Source: Escherichia coli O121 str. RM8352 (lineage in GTDB: Bacteria; Pseudomonadota; Gammaproteobacteria; Enterobacterales; Enterobacteriaceae). Taken from it: 32,000 nucleotides of DNA. The stretch is taken from assembly GCF_003112145.1 (NCBI RefSeq), contig NZ_CP028110.1, one strand, 5' to 3'. The notes beneath the pieces are model-generated. The model was not told where the DNA came from. It ran no database searches and worked only from the letters and a program-made list of their open reading frames with translations. The first letter of the stretch is position 1. Each line of letters starts with the position of its first letter. Below are positions 9,449 to 18,472 of this stretch, one piece after another. The translations under genes were made by a program, and so were the position numbers.

Positions 9449-12400
9449 ATGCAGGTCAGCAGAAGGCAGTTCTTTAAGATCTGCGCTGGCGGTATGGCAG
9501 GCACCACGGCAGCGGCACTGTGTTTTGCACCCAGCGTAGCACTCGCGGAAACCCGGCAGTATAAACTGCTGCGCACCCGCGAAACCCGTAATACCTGCAC
9601 CTATTGTTCCGTAGGCTGTGGGCTGTTGATGTACAGCCTCGGTGACGGAGCAAAAAACGCCAAAGCATCTATCTTCCATATCGAAGGCGATCCGGATCAC
9701 CCGGTCAACCGCGGTGCACTTTGTCCGAAAGGCGCTGGCCTGGTGGATTTCATCCACTCCGAAAGCCGTCTGAAGTTTCCGGAATACCGTGCGCCAGGTT
9801 CTGATAAATGGCAGCAAATCAGTTGGGAAGAGGCGTTTGATCGCATCGCCAAACTGATGAAAGAAGACCGCGATGCTAACTACATTGCGCAAAACGCCGA
9901 AGGCGTGACTGTTAACCGCTGGCTCTCCACCGGGATGCTGTGTGCTTCCGCGTCGAGTAACGAAACCGGCTATTTAACGCAAAAATTCTCCCGCGCGCTG
10001 GGTATGCTCGCGGTCGACAACCAGGCGCGTGTCTGACACGGACCAACGGTAGCAAGTCTTGCTCCAACATTTGGTCGCGGTGCGATGACCAACCACTGGG
10101 TCGACATCAAGAACGCCAACCTCGTCGTGGTGATGGGCGGTAACGCCGCTGAAGCTCACCCGGTCGGGTTCCGCTGGGCGATGGAAGCCAAAATTCACAA
10201 CGGCGCGAAGCTGATTGTGATCGATCCTCGCTTTACGCGTACGGCGGCGGTAGCTGACTACTATGCCCCTATTCGTTCCGGTACTGACATTGCTTTCCTG
10301 TCAGGCGTATTGCTGTACCTGCTGAACAATGAAAAATTCAACCGCGAATACACCGAAGCCTATACCAACGCCAGCCTGATAGTGCGTGAGGATTACGGCT
10401 TTGAAGATGGCCTGTTCACCGGCTACGACGCGGAAAAACGCAAGTACGATAAATCCTCCTGGACTTATGAACTGGACGAAAACGGCTTCGCCAAACGCGA
10501 TACCACGCTGCAACATCCGCGCTGCGTGTGGAACTTGCTGAAACAGCACGTTTCCCGCTACACGCCAGATGTGGTTGAAAACATCTGTGGTACGCCAAAA
10601 GACGCGTTCCTGAAAGTCTGCGAATACATCGCAGAAACCAGTGCTCACGATAAAACTGCCTCGTTCCTGTATGCCCTCGGCTGGACGCAACACTCCGTTG
10701 GTGCGCAAAACATTCGTACGATGGCGATGATCCAGCTGCTGCTCGGCAATATGGGGATGGCCGGCGGCGGCGTTAACGCCCTGCGCGGTCACTCCAATAT
10801 TCAGGGGCTGACGGACCTGGGGCTGCTGTCGCAGAGTCTGCCAGGTTACATGACGCTGCCAAGCGAGAAGCAGACCGATCTGCAAACCTACCTTACCGCC
10901 AACACGCCAAAACCGCTGCTGGAAGGCCAGGTAAACTACTGGGGCAACTACCCGAAATTCTTCGTCTCTATGATGAAGGCCTTCTTTGGTGATAAAGCGA
11001 CGGCGGAAAATAGCTGGGGCTTTGACTGGTTGCCGAAGTGGGATAAAGGCTACGACGTCCTGCAATACTTCGAGATGATGAAAGAAGGCAAGGTCAATGG
11101 CTATATCTGCCAGGGCTTTAACCCTGTTGCCTCATTCCCGAACAAAAACAAAGTGATCGGTTGTCTGTCGAAACTGAAGTTCCTCGTCACCATCGACCCG
11201 CTGAACACTGAAACCTCTAACTTCTGGCAGAACCACGGTGAGCTGAACGAAGTTGACTCGTCGAAGATCCAGACCGAAGTGTTCCGTCTGCCATCGACCT
11301 GCTTCGCAGAAGAGAACGGTTCAATCGTTAACTCAGGTCGCTGGTTGCAGTGGCACTGGAAAGGTGCGGACGCCCCGGGGATTGCGCTGACTGATGGCGA
11401 GATCCTCTCCGGTATCTTCCTGCGCTTGCGCAAGATGTATGCCGAACAGGGTGGCGCGAACCCGGACCAGGTGCTGAACATGACCTGGAACTACGCCATT
11501 CCGCATGAGCCGAAGTCGGAAGAAGTAGCGATGGAGAGCAACGGTAAGGCGCTGGCCGATATTACCGATCCGGCAACCGGTGCGGTTATCGTCAAGAAAG
11601 GCCAACAACTTAGCTCGTTCGCCCAATTGCGCGATGACGGTACAACCTCCTGTGGCTGCTGGATTTTCGCCGGTAGCTGGACGCCGGAAGGCAACCAGAT
11701 GGCGCGTCGTGATAACGCCGATCCGTCTGGCCTCGGTAACACGCTGGGCTGGGCATGGGCATGGCCGCTTAACCGCCGCATTCTGTATAACCGCGCCTCC
11801 GCAGATCCGCAGGGTAACCCGTGGGATCCGAAGCGTCAGTTGCTGAAATGGGACGGCACTAAGTGGACCGGCTGGGATATTCCGGACTACAGCGCAGCGC
11901 CTCCGGGTAGCGGCGTCGGGCCGTTTATCATGCAGCAGGAAGGCATGGGGCGTCTGTTTGCCCTCGATAAGATGGCGGAAGGTCCGTTCCCGGAACACTA
12001 CGAGCCGTTTGAAACGCCGCTGGGAACTAACCCGCTGCATCCAAACGTTATCTCGAACCCGGCTGCACGTATCTTTAAAGACGACGCCGAAGCATTGGGT
12101 AAAGCCGATAAGTTCCCGTATGTCGGAACCACCTATCGTCTGACCGAGCATTTCCACTACTGGACCAAACACGCGCTGTTGAACGCGATTTTGCAACCAG
12201 AGCAGTTTGTGGAAATCGGGGAGTCGCTGGCGAATAAACTTGGCATTGCCCAGGGCGATACCGTGAAAGTCTCCTCCAACCGTGGCTATATCAAGGCCAA
12301 AGCGGTGGTGACCAAACGTATTCGTACGCTGAAAGCGAACGGCAAAGATATCGATACCATCGGTATTCCGATTCACTGGGGTTATGAAGGCGTAGCTAAA

Positions 12401-12499
12401 AAAGGCTTTATTGCCAATACGTTAACGCCATTCGTTGGTGATGCGAACACGCAGACGCCGGAGTTTAAGTCCTTCCTTGTGAATGTGGAAAAGGTGTAA
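9449..12499 (+). CDS. fdoG: Formate dehydrogenase-O major subunit, selenoprotein, Tat-exported molybdopterin enzyme
   Basis: Two collinear in-frame ORFs (9449-10036 and continuation to 12499) separated by one UGA at 10034-10036. Tat signal SRRQFFK and 4Fe-4S motif CTYCSVGC; the UGA context VDNQARV-U-HGPTVASLAPT matches FdoG/FdnG. Confidence 0.97.
10034..10075 (+). promoter_or_regulatory. Bacterial SECIS element immediately 3' of the Sec UGA
   Basis: tgacacggaccaacggtagcaagtcttgctcc contains the stem agcaag/cttgct, at the expected position. Confidence 0.85.
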
Positions 12500-12511
12500 C
12501 GGAGACGACAT

Positions 12512-13414
12512 ATGGCTTATCAATCTCAAGATATCATTCGTCGTTCCGCGACTAACGGTCTGACCCCCGCGCCTCAGGCGCGGGACTTCCAGGAAGAAGT
12601 GGCGAAACTCATCGACGTCACCACCTGTATCGGCTGTAAAGCCTGTCAGGTGGCGTGTTCAGAGTGGAACGACATTCGCGATACCGTCGGCAATAATATT
12701 GGGGTGTACGACAACCCCAATGATTTAAGCGCCAAATCGTGGACGGTGATGCGCTTCTCGGAAGTGGAGCAGAACGACAAACTGGAATGGCTGATCCGCA
12801 AAGACGGCTGTATGCACTGTTCCGATCCCGGCTGCCTGAAAGCGTGCCCGGCGGAAGGGGCAATTATTCAGTATGCCAACGGTATCGTCGACTTCCAGTC
12901 CGAGCAGTGCATTGGCTGCGGTTATTGCATTGCGGGCTGTCCGTTCGACATTCCGCGCCTCAACCCGGAAGACAACCGCGTCTACAAATGTACGCTGTGC
13001 GTTGACCGCGTGGTGGTTGGGCAAGAACCAGCCTGCGTGAAGACCTGCCCAACGGGCGCGATTCACTTCGGTACGAAAGAGTCGATGAAAACGCTGGCGA
13101 GCGAGCGCGTGGCGGAGCTGAAAACCCGTGGTTACGACAATGCGGGCCTGTACGATCCGGCAGGCGTCGGTGGTACACACGTCATGTACGTGCTGCACCA
13201 TGCTGACAAGCCAAATCTGTATCATGGCTTGCCGGAGAACCCGGAAATCAGCGAAACCGTGAAATTCTGGAAAGGCATCTGGAAACCGCTCGCGGCTGTT
13301 GGCTTTGCGGCTACCTTTGCGGCCAGTATCTTCCACTACGTGGGTGTCGGTCCGAACCGTGCGGATGAGGAAGAGAATAATCTGCACGAAGAGAAAGACG
13401 AGGAGCGCAAATGA
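12512..13414 (+). CDS. fdoH: Formate dehydrogenase-O iron-sulfur (beta) subunit
   Basis: 300 aa with four CxxCxxCxxxC-type clusters and a C-terminal TM anchor. Confidence 0.96.
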
Positions 13415-14046
13415 AACGACGTGACACCATCGTGCGCTACACCGCGCCGGAACGTATCAACCACTGGATCACCGCCTTCTGCTTCATCCTGGCGGCGGTG
13501 AGCGGGCTGGGCTTTTTGTTCCCGTCCTTCAACTGGTTGATGCAAATCATGGGCACACCGCAGCTGGCGCGAATTCTGCACCCGTTTGTCGGCGTGGTTA
13601 TGTTTGCCTCGTTCATCATCATGTTTTTCCGTTACTGGCATCACAACCTAATCAATCGGGATGATATCTTTTGGGCGAAGAATATTCGTAAGATCGTCGT
13701 CAACGAGGAAGTAGGTGACACCGGGCGTTATAACTTCGGTCAGAAATGCGTTTTCTGGGCGGCGATTATTTTCCTGGTTCTGCTGCTGGTGAGCGGCGTG
13801 ATTATCTGGCGTCCTTATTTTGCGCCTGCTTTCTCAATCCCGGTGATCCGATTCGCGTTAATGCTGCATTCATTTGCCGCAGTGGCGTTAATTGTGGTTA
13901 TCATGGTGCATATCTACGCCGCCCTTTGGGTGAAAGGCACGATTACCGCCATGGTGGAAGGATGGGTTACCAGCGCCTGGGCGAAGAAACATCACCCGCG
14001 CTGGTACCGTGAGGTCCGCAAGACAACGGAAAAGAAAGCTGAATGA
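13411..14046 (+). CDS. fdoI: Formate dehydrogenase-O cytochrome b556 (gamma) subunit
   Basis: 211 aa multi-TM ORF overlapping the end of fdoH. Confidence 0.96.
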
Positions 14047-14972
14047 GTATTCGCATAATCCCGCAAGATGAGCTGGGTTCGAGCGAGAAACGTACGGCGG
14101 ATATGATTCCGCCGTTATTGTTCCCTCGGCTCAAGAATTTATACAACCGCCGCGCCGAGCGTCTGCGCGAGCTGGCAGAAAATAATCCGCTGGGTGATTA
14201 CCTGCGCTTTGCTGCGCTTATCGCCCACGCCCAGGAAGTGGTGCTGTACGACCATCCGCTGGAGATGGATCTGACCGCGCGCATTAAAGAAGCCAGCGCA
14301 CAGGGCAAGCCCCCGCTGGATATTCACGTTCTGCCGCGTGATAAGCACTGGCAAAAGCTGCTGATGGCGCTGATTGCTGAGCTGAAACCTGAAATGAGCG
14401 GCCCGGCGCTGGCAGTGATTGAGAATCTGGAGAAGGCATCGACTCAGGAGCTGGAAGATATGGCCAGCGCACTGTTTGCCTCTGATTTCTCATCCGTCAG
14501 CAGCGATAAAGCGCCGTTTATCTGGGCTGCACTGTCGCTCTACTGGGCGCAGATGGCCAATCTGATCCCCGGCAAAGCCCGCGCTGAATACGGCGAGCAA
14601 CGTCAATATTGCCCGGTTTGTGGTTCTATGCCGGTGTCCAGCATGGTGCAAATTGGCACCACTCAGGGTCTGCGTTACCTGCACTGCAACCTGTGTGAAA
14701 CCGAATGGCACGTAGTGCGCGTAAAATGCAGCAACTGCGAGCAGAGCGGCAAACTGCATTACTGGTCGCTGGATGACGAACAGGCCGCGATTAAAGCCGA
14801 AAGCTGCGATGACTGTGGCACTTACCTGAAGATTCTTTATCAGGAAAAAGAACCGAAAGTTGAAGCCGTGGCAGATGACCTCGCCTCTCTGGTACTGGAC
14901 GCGCGAATGGAGCAAGAAGGCTACGCCCGCAGTTCCATTAACCCGTTCCTGTTTCCGGGTGAAGGGGAGTAA
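14043..14972 (+). CDS. fdhE: Formate dehydrogenase accessory protein
   Basis: 309 aa with rubredoxin-like zinc motifs [18 protein letters not shown] and CDDCG. Confidence 0.96.
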   Translation: MSIRIIPQDELGSSEKRTADMIPPLLFPRLKNLYNRRAERLRELAENNPLGDYLRFAALIAHAQEVVLYDHPLEMDLTARIKEASAQGKPPLDIHVLPRDKHWQKLLMALIAELKPEMSGPALAVIENLEKASTQELEDMASALFASDFSSVSSDKAPFIWAALSLYWAQMANLIPGKARAEYGEQRQYCPVCGSMPVSSMVQIGTTQGLRYLHCNLCETEWHVVRVKCSNCEQSGKLHYWSLDDEQAAIKAESCDDCGTYLKILYQEKEPKVEAVADDLASLVLDARMEQEGYARSSINPFLFPGEGE

Positions 14973-15152
14973 TCTCTGACGTTTTCCGGGTGGCGCTGGT
15001 CGCCCGGATTACAGCTCATAGGGTGTGACGACACTATCTCTCGTATTCCGCGTTACCCATTCAAGATCATGCCGCAATTGTCTGTTTGCCTCGTTCTTCC
15101 CTCCAACACATCGATAAGGTTATGGGTATGTCACTGATGACAAGCGTATGAT

Positions 15153-15252
<100 letters not shown>

Positions 15253-15301
15253 TGAACAACGCGCACGTTGTCAGCAATCTGATTGACATCATTTTTTCCC
15301 A

Positions 15302-15520
15302 TTACCATTCCTCGCGCAGCTTACGCTGATATTCGACACCATCTTCCTCACACCCTTGCCAGATGCCAGGAACACTGGTTCTTGCTGTTTGCGATTGATT
15401 TATCAGGTATTGATCTACCGCTTCCCTTAATAGGTCCGCACGAGGAAGATTACGCTGCACCTCGAGATCATCAAGTTGCTTAATCACCTCATTCGATAAA
15501 TCGAGTAAAATTCTGCCCAT
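15302..15520 (-). CDS. yiiF: Small ribbon-helix-helix (CopG-like) DNA-binding protein
   Basis: [42 protein letters not shown] pattern. The ORF extends to 15544 but the start is likely 15520. Confidence 0.85.
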
Positions 15521-15640
15521 ATCTATACCTGCCAGAGAGTTCATAAATATCTCGCCAATATCATTTTTGAATCTATGGAGAGAAAAGTACCCTTGCCGAA
15601 TCTTTAAAGAAAGCTCATTTACGCATCATTTTTTATTTTT

Positions 15641-15657
15641 GCGAGGCGTTTTCCAGA
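15641..15657 (-). repeat. Shared upstream element copy 1 (minus strand TCTGGAAAACGCCTCGC)
   Basis: gcgaggcgttttccaga on the + strand, 120 bp upstream of the yiiF start. Confidence 0.7.
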
Positions 15658-15762
15658 TACGATGTAACAGTTGCAGTTATTATAAGTTCAAGTAAAACAG
15701 CCTTGTATTAATACCAGAATAAGGGCATCTGTTTTTTTATATTCAAGAATGAAAAATTTTTT

Positions 15763-15981
15763 TCATTCCTTATGCTCCTTACACTGATCATCAACACCAA
15801 CTACCTCCCCCTTTTGCCTGCCTCCCTTTGCTTTACGCACCGGAAATTGCTGCCGCTCCAGATATTGCTCAACCGCTTCGCGTAAAATTGCAGATCGTGA
15901 AACCTTACGCCAGCCCCGAAGTTTGTTCAGCCGTTTAATTGCCTCTTCTGATAAATGAAGAAAAACCGTATTCATCGCCAT
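15763..15981 (-). CDS. yiiE: Small ribbon-helix-helix (CopG-like) DNA-binding protein, paralogue of YiiF
   Basis: MAMNTVFLHLSEEAIKRLNKLRGWRKVSRSAILREAVEQYLE. The ORF extends to 16008. Confidence 0.85.
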   Translation of the reverse strand: MAMNTVFLHLSEEAIKRLNKLRGWRKVSRSAILREAVEQYLERQQFPVRKAKGGRQKGEVVGVDDQCKEHKE

Positions 15982-16079
15982 TACCACCACCTTACCTATA
16001 TTACTCATTAATGTATGTGCGAAAATTACGCCGGAAAATCATTTAAAAAAAGCGGATTTTTGCATGTTGTTTTGTTTTT

Positions 16080-16096
16080 GCGAGGCGTTTTCCAGA
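16080..16096 (-). repeat. Shared upstream element copy 2 (identical 17-mer)
   Basis: gcgaggcgttttccaga, about 98 bp upstream of the yiiE start. Confidence 0.7.
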
Positions 16097-16349
16097 AATA
16101 ATAAGAGTGTTGCAGTTGTTTCATTTATTACTCAAAAATGGTTTAGTTATCGCCCAGGATGAATTATGGGTGCTATGAATATATTATATTCAGAGATATT
16201 TATTTGCATAATCTGAATGGTGTAGCCGAAAAACGTCAGCATCCTAACAGCACCAGGATTTAAGGTGAAATTAATCTTTCATCACAGACCGGTCAGTACT
16301 GCCACCAACCGGTCTTTACTTGCTCATCGTTATAATTTTGTTGGTAACA

Positions 16350-16379
16350 GTTCGGGAAACAAGGAATTCCTTCCGGAAC
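16350..16379. other. Palindrome gttcgggaaac-aaggaattcctt-ccggaac
   Basis: Perfect 12-bp palindrome AAGGAATTCCTT nested in outer GTTC...GAAC arms. Confidence 0.5.
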
Positions 16380-16388
16380 CCCCCGGTA

Positions 16389-16481
16389 TCATCCGATAGC
16401 ATTGACGTCAATCATCAGCGCGACGATGAGTTTTTTTAATCGCATCATAGGGTGGCGACGTTCAGCACGATTACGGGTCAT
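16389..16481 (-). CDS. Possible 30-aa small protein MTRNRAERRHPMMRLKKLIVALMIDVNAIG
   Basis: Short ORF with an AGGAG Shine-Dalgarno-like sequence about 7 nt before the ATG. Short length makes this tentative. Confidence 0.25.
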   Translation of the reverse strand: MTRNRAERRHPMMRLKKLIVALMIDVNAIG

Positions 16482-16504
16482 AGCAAAACTCCTGGGCAGG
16501 CGAC

Positions 16505-16554
16505 CACTATGCCGCTTTCACAGGAGTTCTGAATGCTAGTGCTTTCTGTATGGC
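16505..16554. repeat. Direct repeat copy A (50 bp identical to 18320-18369)
   Basis: cactatgccgctttcacaggagttctgaatgctagtgctttctgtatggc; the next ~35 bp are similar but diverged. Confidence 0.9.
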
Positions 16555-16566
16555 ATAACCATGCCT

Positions 16567-16857
16567 CTAACGGTTAAGTGCTTGCAGCACATGTTGCGGA
16601 TCATTGGCAATCGCTCGCAGCAAAGCCTTTGCAGGCCCGGTCGGTGAACGTCGCCCCTGCTCCCAGTTACGCAACGTGTCTACGCTTACAGAAATAAGAT
16701 CGGCAAATTTAGATTGTGACAACCCTGAAGCGCGGCGTATTTCTTTGATTTTCATAGCATCAACTTCAAAAGTCCGCGAAGGCTGTCGCGTTCCTTCAAT
16801 AATTTCATTCATCTGGGCCATGCTGTGAGTCAACCGCTCAAAAAGTGCCTTATCCAT
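16567..16857 (-). CDS. HigA2/NadS-like HTH antitoxin
   Basis: 96 aa with Xre-type HTH (RRASGLSQSKFADLISVSVDTLRNWEQGRRSPTGPAKALLRAI). Immediately follows the toxin ORF. Confidence 0.85.
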   Translation of the reverse strand: MDKALFERLTHSMAQMNEIIEGTRQPSRTFEVDAMKIKEIRRASGLSQSKFADLISVSVDTLRNWEQGRRSPTGPAKALLRAIANDPQHVLQALNR

Positions 16858-17169
16858 TTACCACCTCGTATTTAACAACCGGAGCATTGCTTTTTCCTGG
16901 GGAGACAGATCATCTTTAATACCCTTACGATAAATAAGCAGTAATCTGATCTCATAATGTTTAACCTGATGAAAGTAAATAACCCTGACACCAGCACGTT
17001 TCCCCTTTCCTCCTGACACCCATCGAACCTTTCTTAACCCACCAGTTTCAGGTATTACCTCACCATAGTCAGGATTCAAGGCCAGGAAAAACTGAAAACG
17101 ACTGAATTCATCGTCGGTCAGCAGTTTTTGAACATCTTCAGTAAAAATTTCCGTTTCGATGAAGAGCAT
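16858..17169 (-). CDS. HigB2/RelE-family toxin
   Basis: 103 aa with the LNPDYGEVIPETGGLRKVRW...GKGKRAGVRVIYF pattern typical of RelE/HigB2 toxins, adjacent to the HTH antitoxin. Confidence 0.85.
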   Translation of the reverse strand: MLFIETEIFTEDVQKLLTDDEFSRFQFFLALNPDYGEVIPETGGLRKVRWVSGGKGKRAGVRVIYFHQVKHYEIRLLLIYRKGIKDDLSPQEKAMLRLLNTRW

Positions 17170-17170
17170 A

Positions 17171-17223
17171 ATTATACGCCATTGGCTTAGAGTAACAATC
17201 CTTGTTGTACGTCATTGACGTAC
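17171..17223 (-). promoter_or_regulatory. Putative toxin-antitoxin promoter and operator
   Basis: Minus-strand TTGTTA (17198-17193), 16-nt spacer, TATAAT (17176-17171) one nt before the toxin ATG. Perfect palindrome GTACGTCA-T-TGACGTAC at 17207-17223 just upstream. Confidence 0.6.
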
Positions 17224-17293
17224 CATTGAAACCACTAGCTTACTGATAGTGCTCCAGCAAAACCACGTCTCTGCCGGGTTTGTCTTTAGATTT

Positions 17294-17310
17294 GCGAGGC
17301 GCTTTCCAGA
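17294..17310 (-). repeat. Shared upstream element copy 3 (one mismatch)
   Basis: gcgaggcgctttccaga, about 124 bp upstream of the toxin start. Confidence 0.65.
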
Positions 17311-17397
17311 TTTTTCACGCCCGTGAATTTCCCTGTATCCATCCAGCAAAAACGGGTGTATAAGACTGTACATTCATACAGCAAAATAAGTTCTACT

Positions 17398-18305
17398 ATG
17401 GCACTGGAAAAAGGAATTGCAGAGTTAGTCGAAAAGTTTATCGCTGCGGGTCGCCCCTCATCGCGTCAACAAAGTATTGCGCAGCGCAGGGAGGGCTATA
17501 TCGCCAGCGCTGTCCTTGCGGGTGAGACAGAAACGCGGGTAGATATTCAGACTATCGAACTTGAAGGGATGACCTTACGAATAGTGTCGCCGCTGAATGC
17601 CCCGACATTACTCCCGACGATAATTTATTACTACGGTGGCTGTTTTGTTAGCGGCGGGTTCGCAACTCACGACAACCAGCTGCGCCAGTTAGCCTATTAC
17701 GGGCAATGTCGGGTTATTGCCGTCCAGTATCGGCTGGCACCGGAACATACTTTCCCCGCCGCCCATGATGATGCGCAACGAGGTGCAGAAATAGTCTGGC
17801 AACACGCGAACGACTCGGCGTTGATAAACAACGTATAACTCTTGCCGGTGACAGTGCGGGCGGACATCTGGCGCTGGTAACTGCTTTGCGATTAAAGCGT
17901 GCTGGCGAGTGGCAACCGGCACAACTCATCTTAATTTATCCTATGCTTGATGCGACTGCGCATTTCGAAAGCTACATACGCAATGGTCACGATTACATCA
18001 TCACACGCGACACTTTACTGAGCGGCTTTGAGATGTATCTGCCAGGCATTGAACGCAGGCATCCTGAAGCCAGCCCTCTTTGGCGCGATGATTTCAATGG
18101 CTTGCCACCTGTACATATCATTACCGCTGAATACGACCCACTTTGCGATGAAGGTGAAGCGTTGTATCACCGCATGACAGGGCAAGGAGTGCAATGCACC
18201 TGCCAACGCTACCTTGGCGTTATCCACGGATTTTTTCAGTTAGGTGGTATCAGTGAGGCTGCGCGATCGGCGCTGCGGGATGTGGCCTGGAGAGCGGGAA
18301 AGTAA
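17398..18305 (+). pseudogene. HSL-family alpha/beta hydrolase (esterase/lipase), frameshifted
   Basis: The N-terminal part (MALEKGIAELVEKFIAAGRP...YYGGCFVSGG...VQYRLAPEHTFPAAHDD) ends at 17838. The next frame carries LAGDSAGGHLALVTALRLKRAG (from 17841), then EYDPLCDEG and IHGFF, to 18305. Confidence 0.85.
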
Positions 18306-18319
18306 CTCCTGAGCAGCGG

Positions 18320-18369
18320 CACTATGCCGCTTTCACAGGAGTTCTGAATGCTAGTGCTTTCTGTATGGC
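18320..18369. repeat. Direct repeat copy B
   Basis: Identical 50 bp to 16505-16554. Confidence 0.9.
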
Positions 18370-18472
18370 TTCGCTATGCCCCTCGCGGCTAAGCGCCTGC
18401 ACACATCTCTCTTTGTATTTCATTTTTGCAATGCATTGGCCGAATTCTGATAATCCTAATGAGTTTTACTCT

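Noticed and set aside
10301-11065. Minus-strand 254-aa ORF opposite fdoG
   Set aside because: Same explanation: antisense of a strongly conserved gene with no independent signals.
11333-12376. Large minus-strand ORF (347 aa) opposite fdoG
   Set aside because: Shadow ORF caused by the codon bias of fdoG; composition (H/R/Q-rich) is typical of antisense frames.
9449-12499. fdoG appearing as two ORFs split at 10036
   Set aside because: The split is a single in-frame UGA in the conserved Sec context with a SECIS-like hairpin. It is a selenocysteine codon, not a frameshift or pseudogene.
15302-16008. yiiE/yiiF as novel toxin-antitoxin pair
   Set aside because: Both are RHH proteins already present at this locus in K-12 and no adjacent toxin ORF is evident. 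They are more likely solitary regulators or orphan antitoxins.
15641-17310. Possible CRISPR array from the three repeated 17-mers
   Set aside because: Spacing is irregular (hundreds of bp), only three copies, and the intervals contain genes. There are no cas genes. The pattern fits upstream elements instead.
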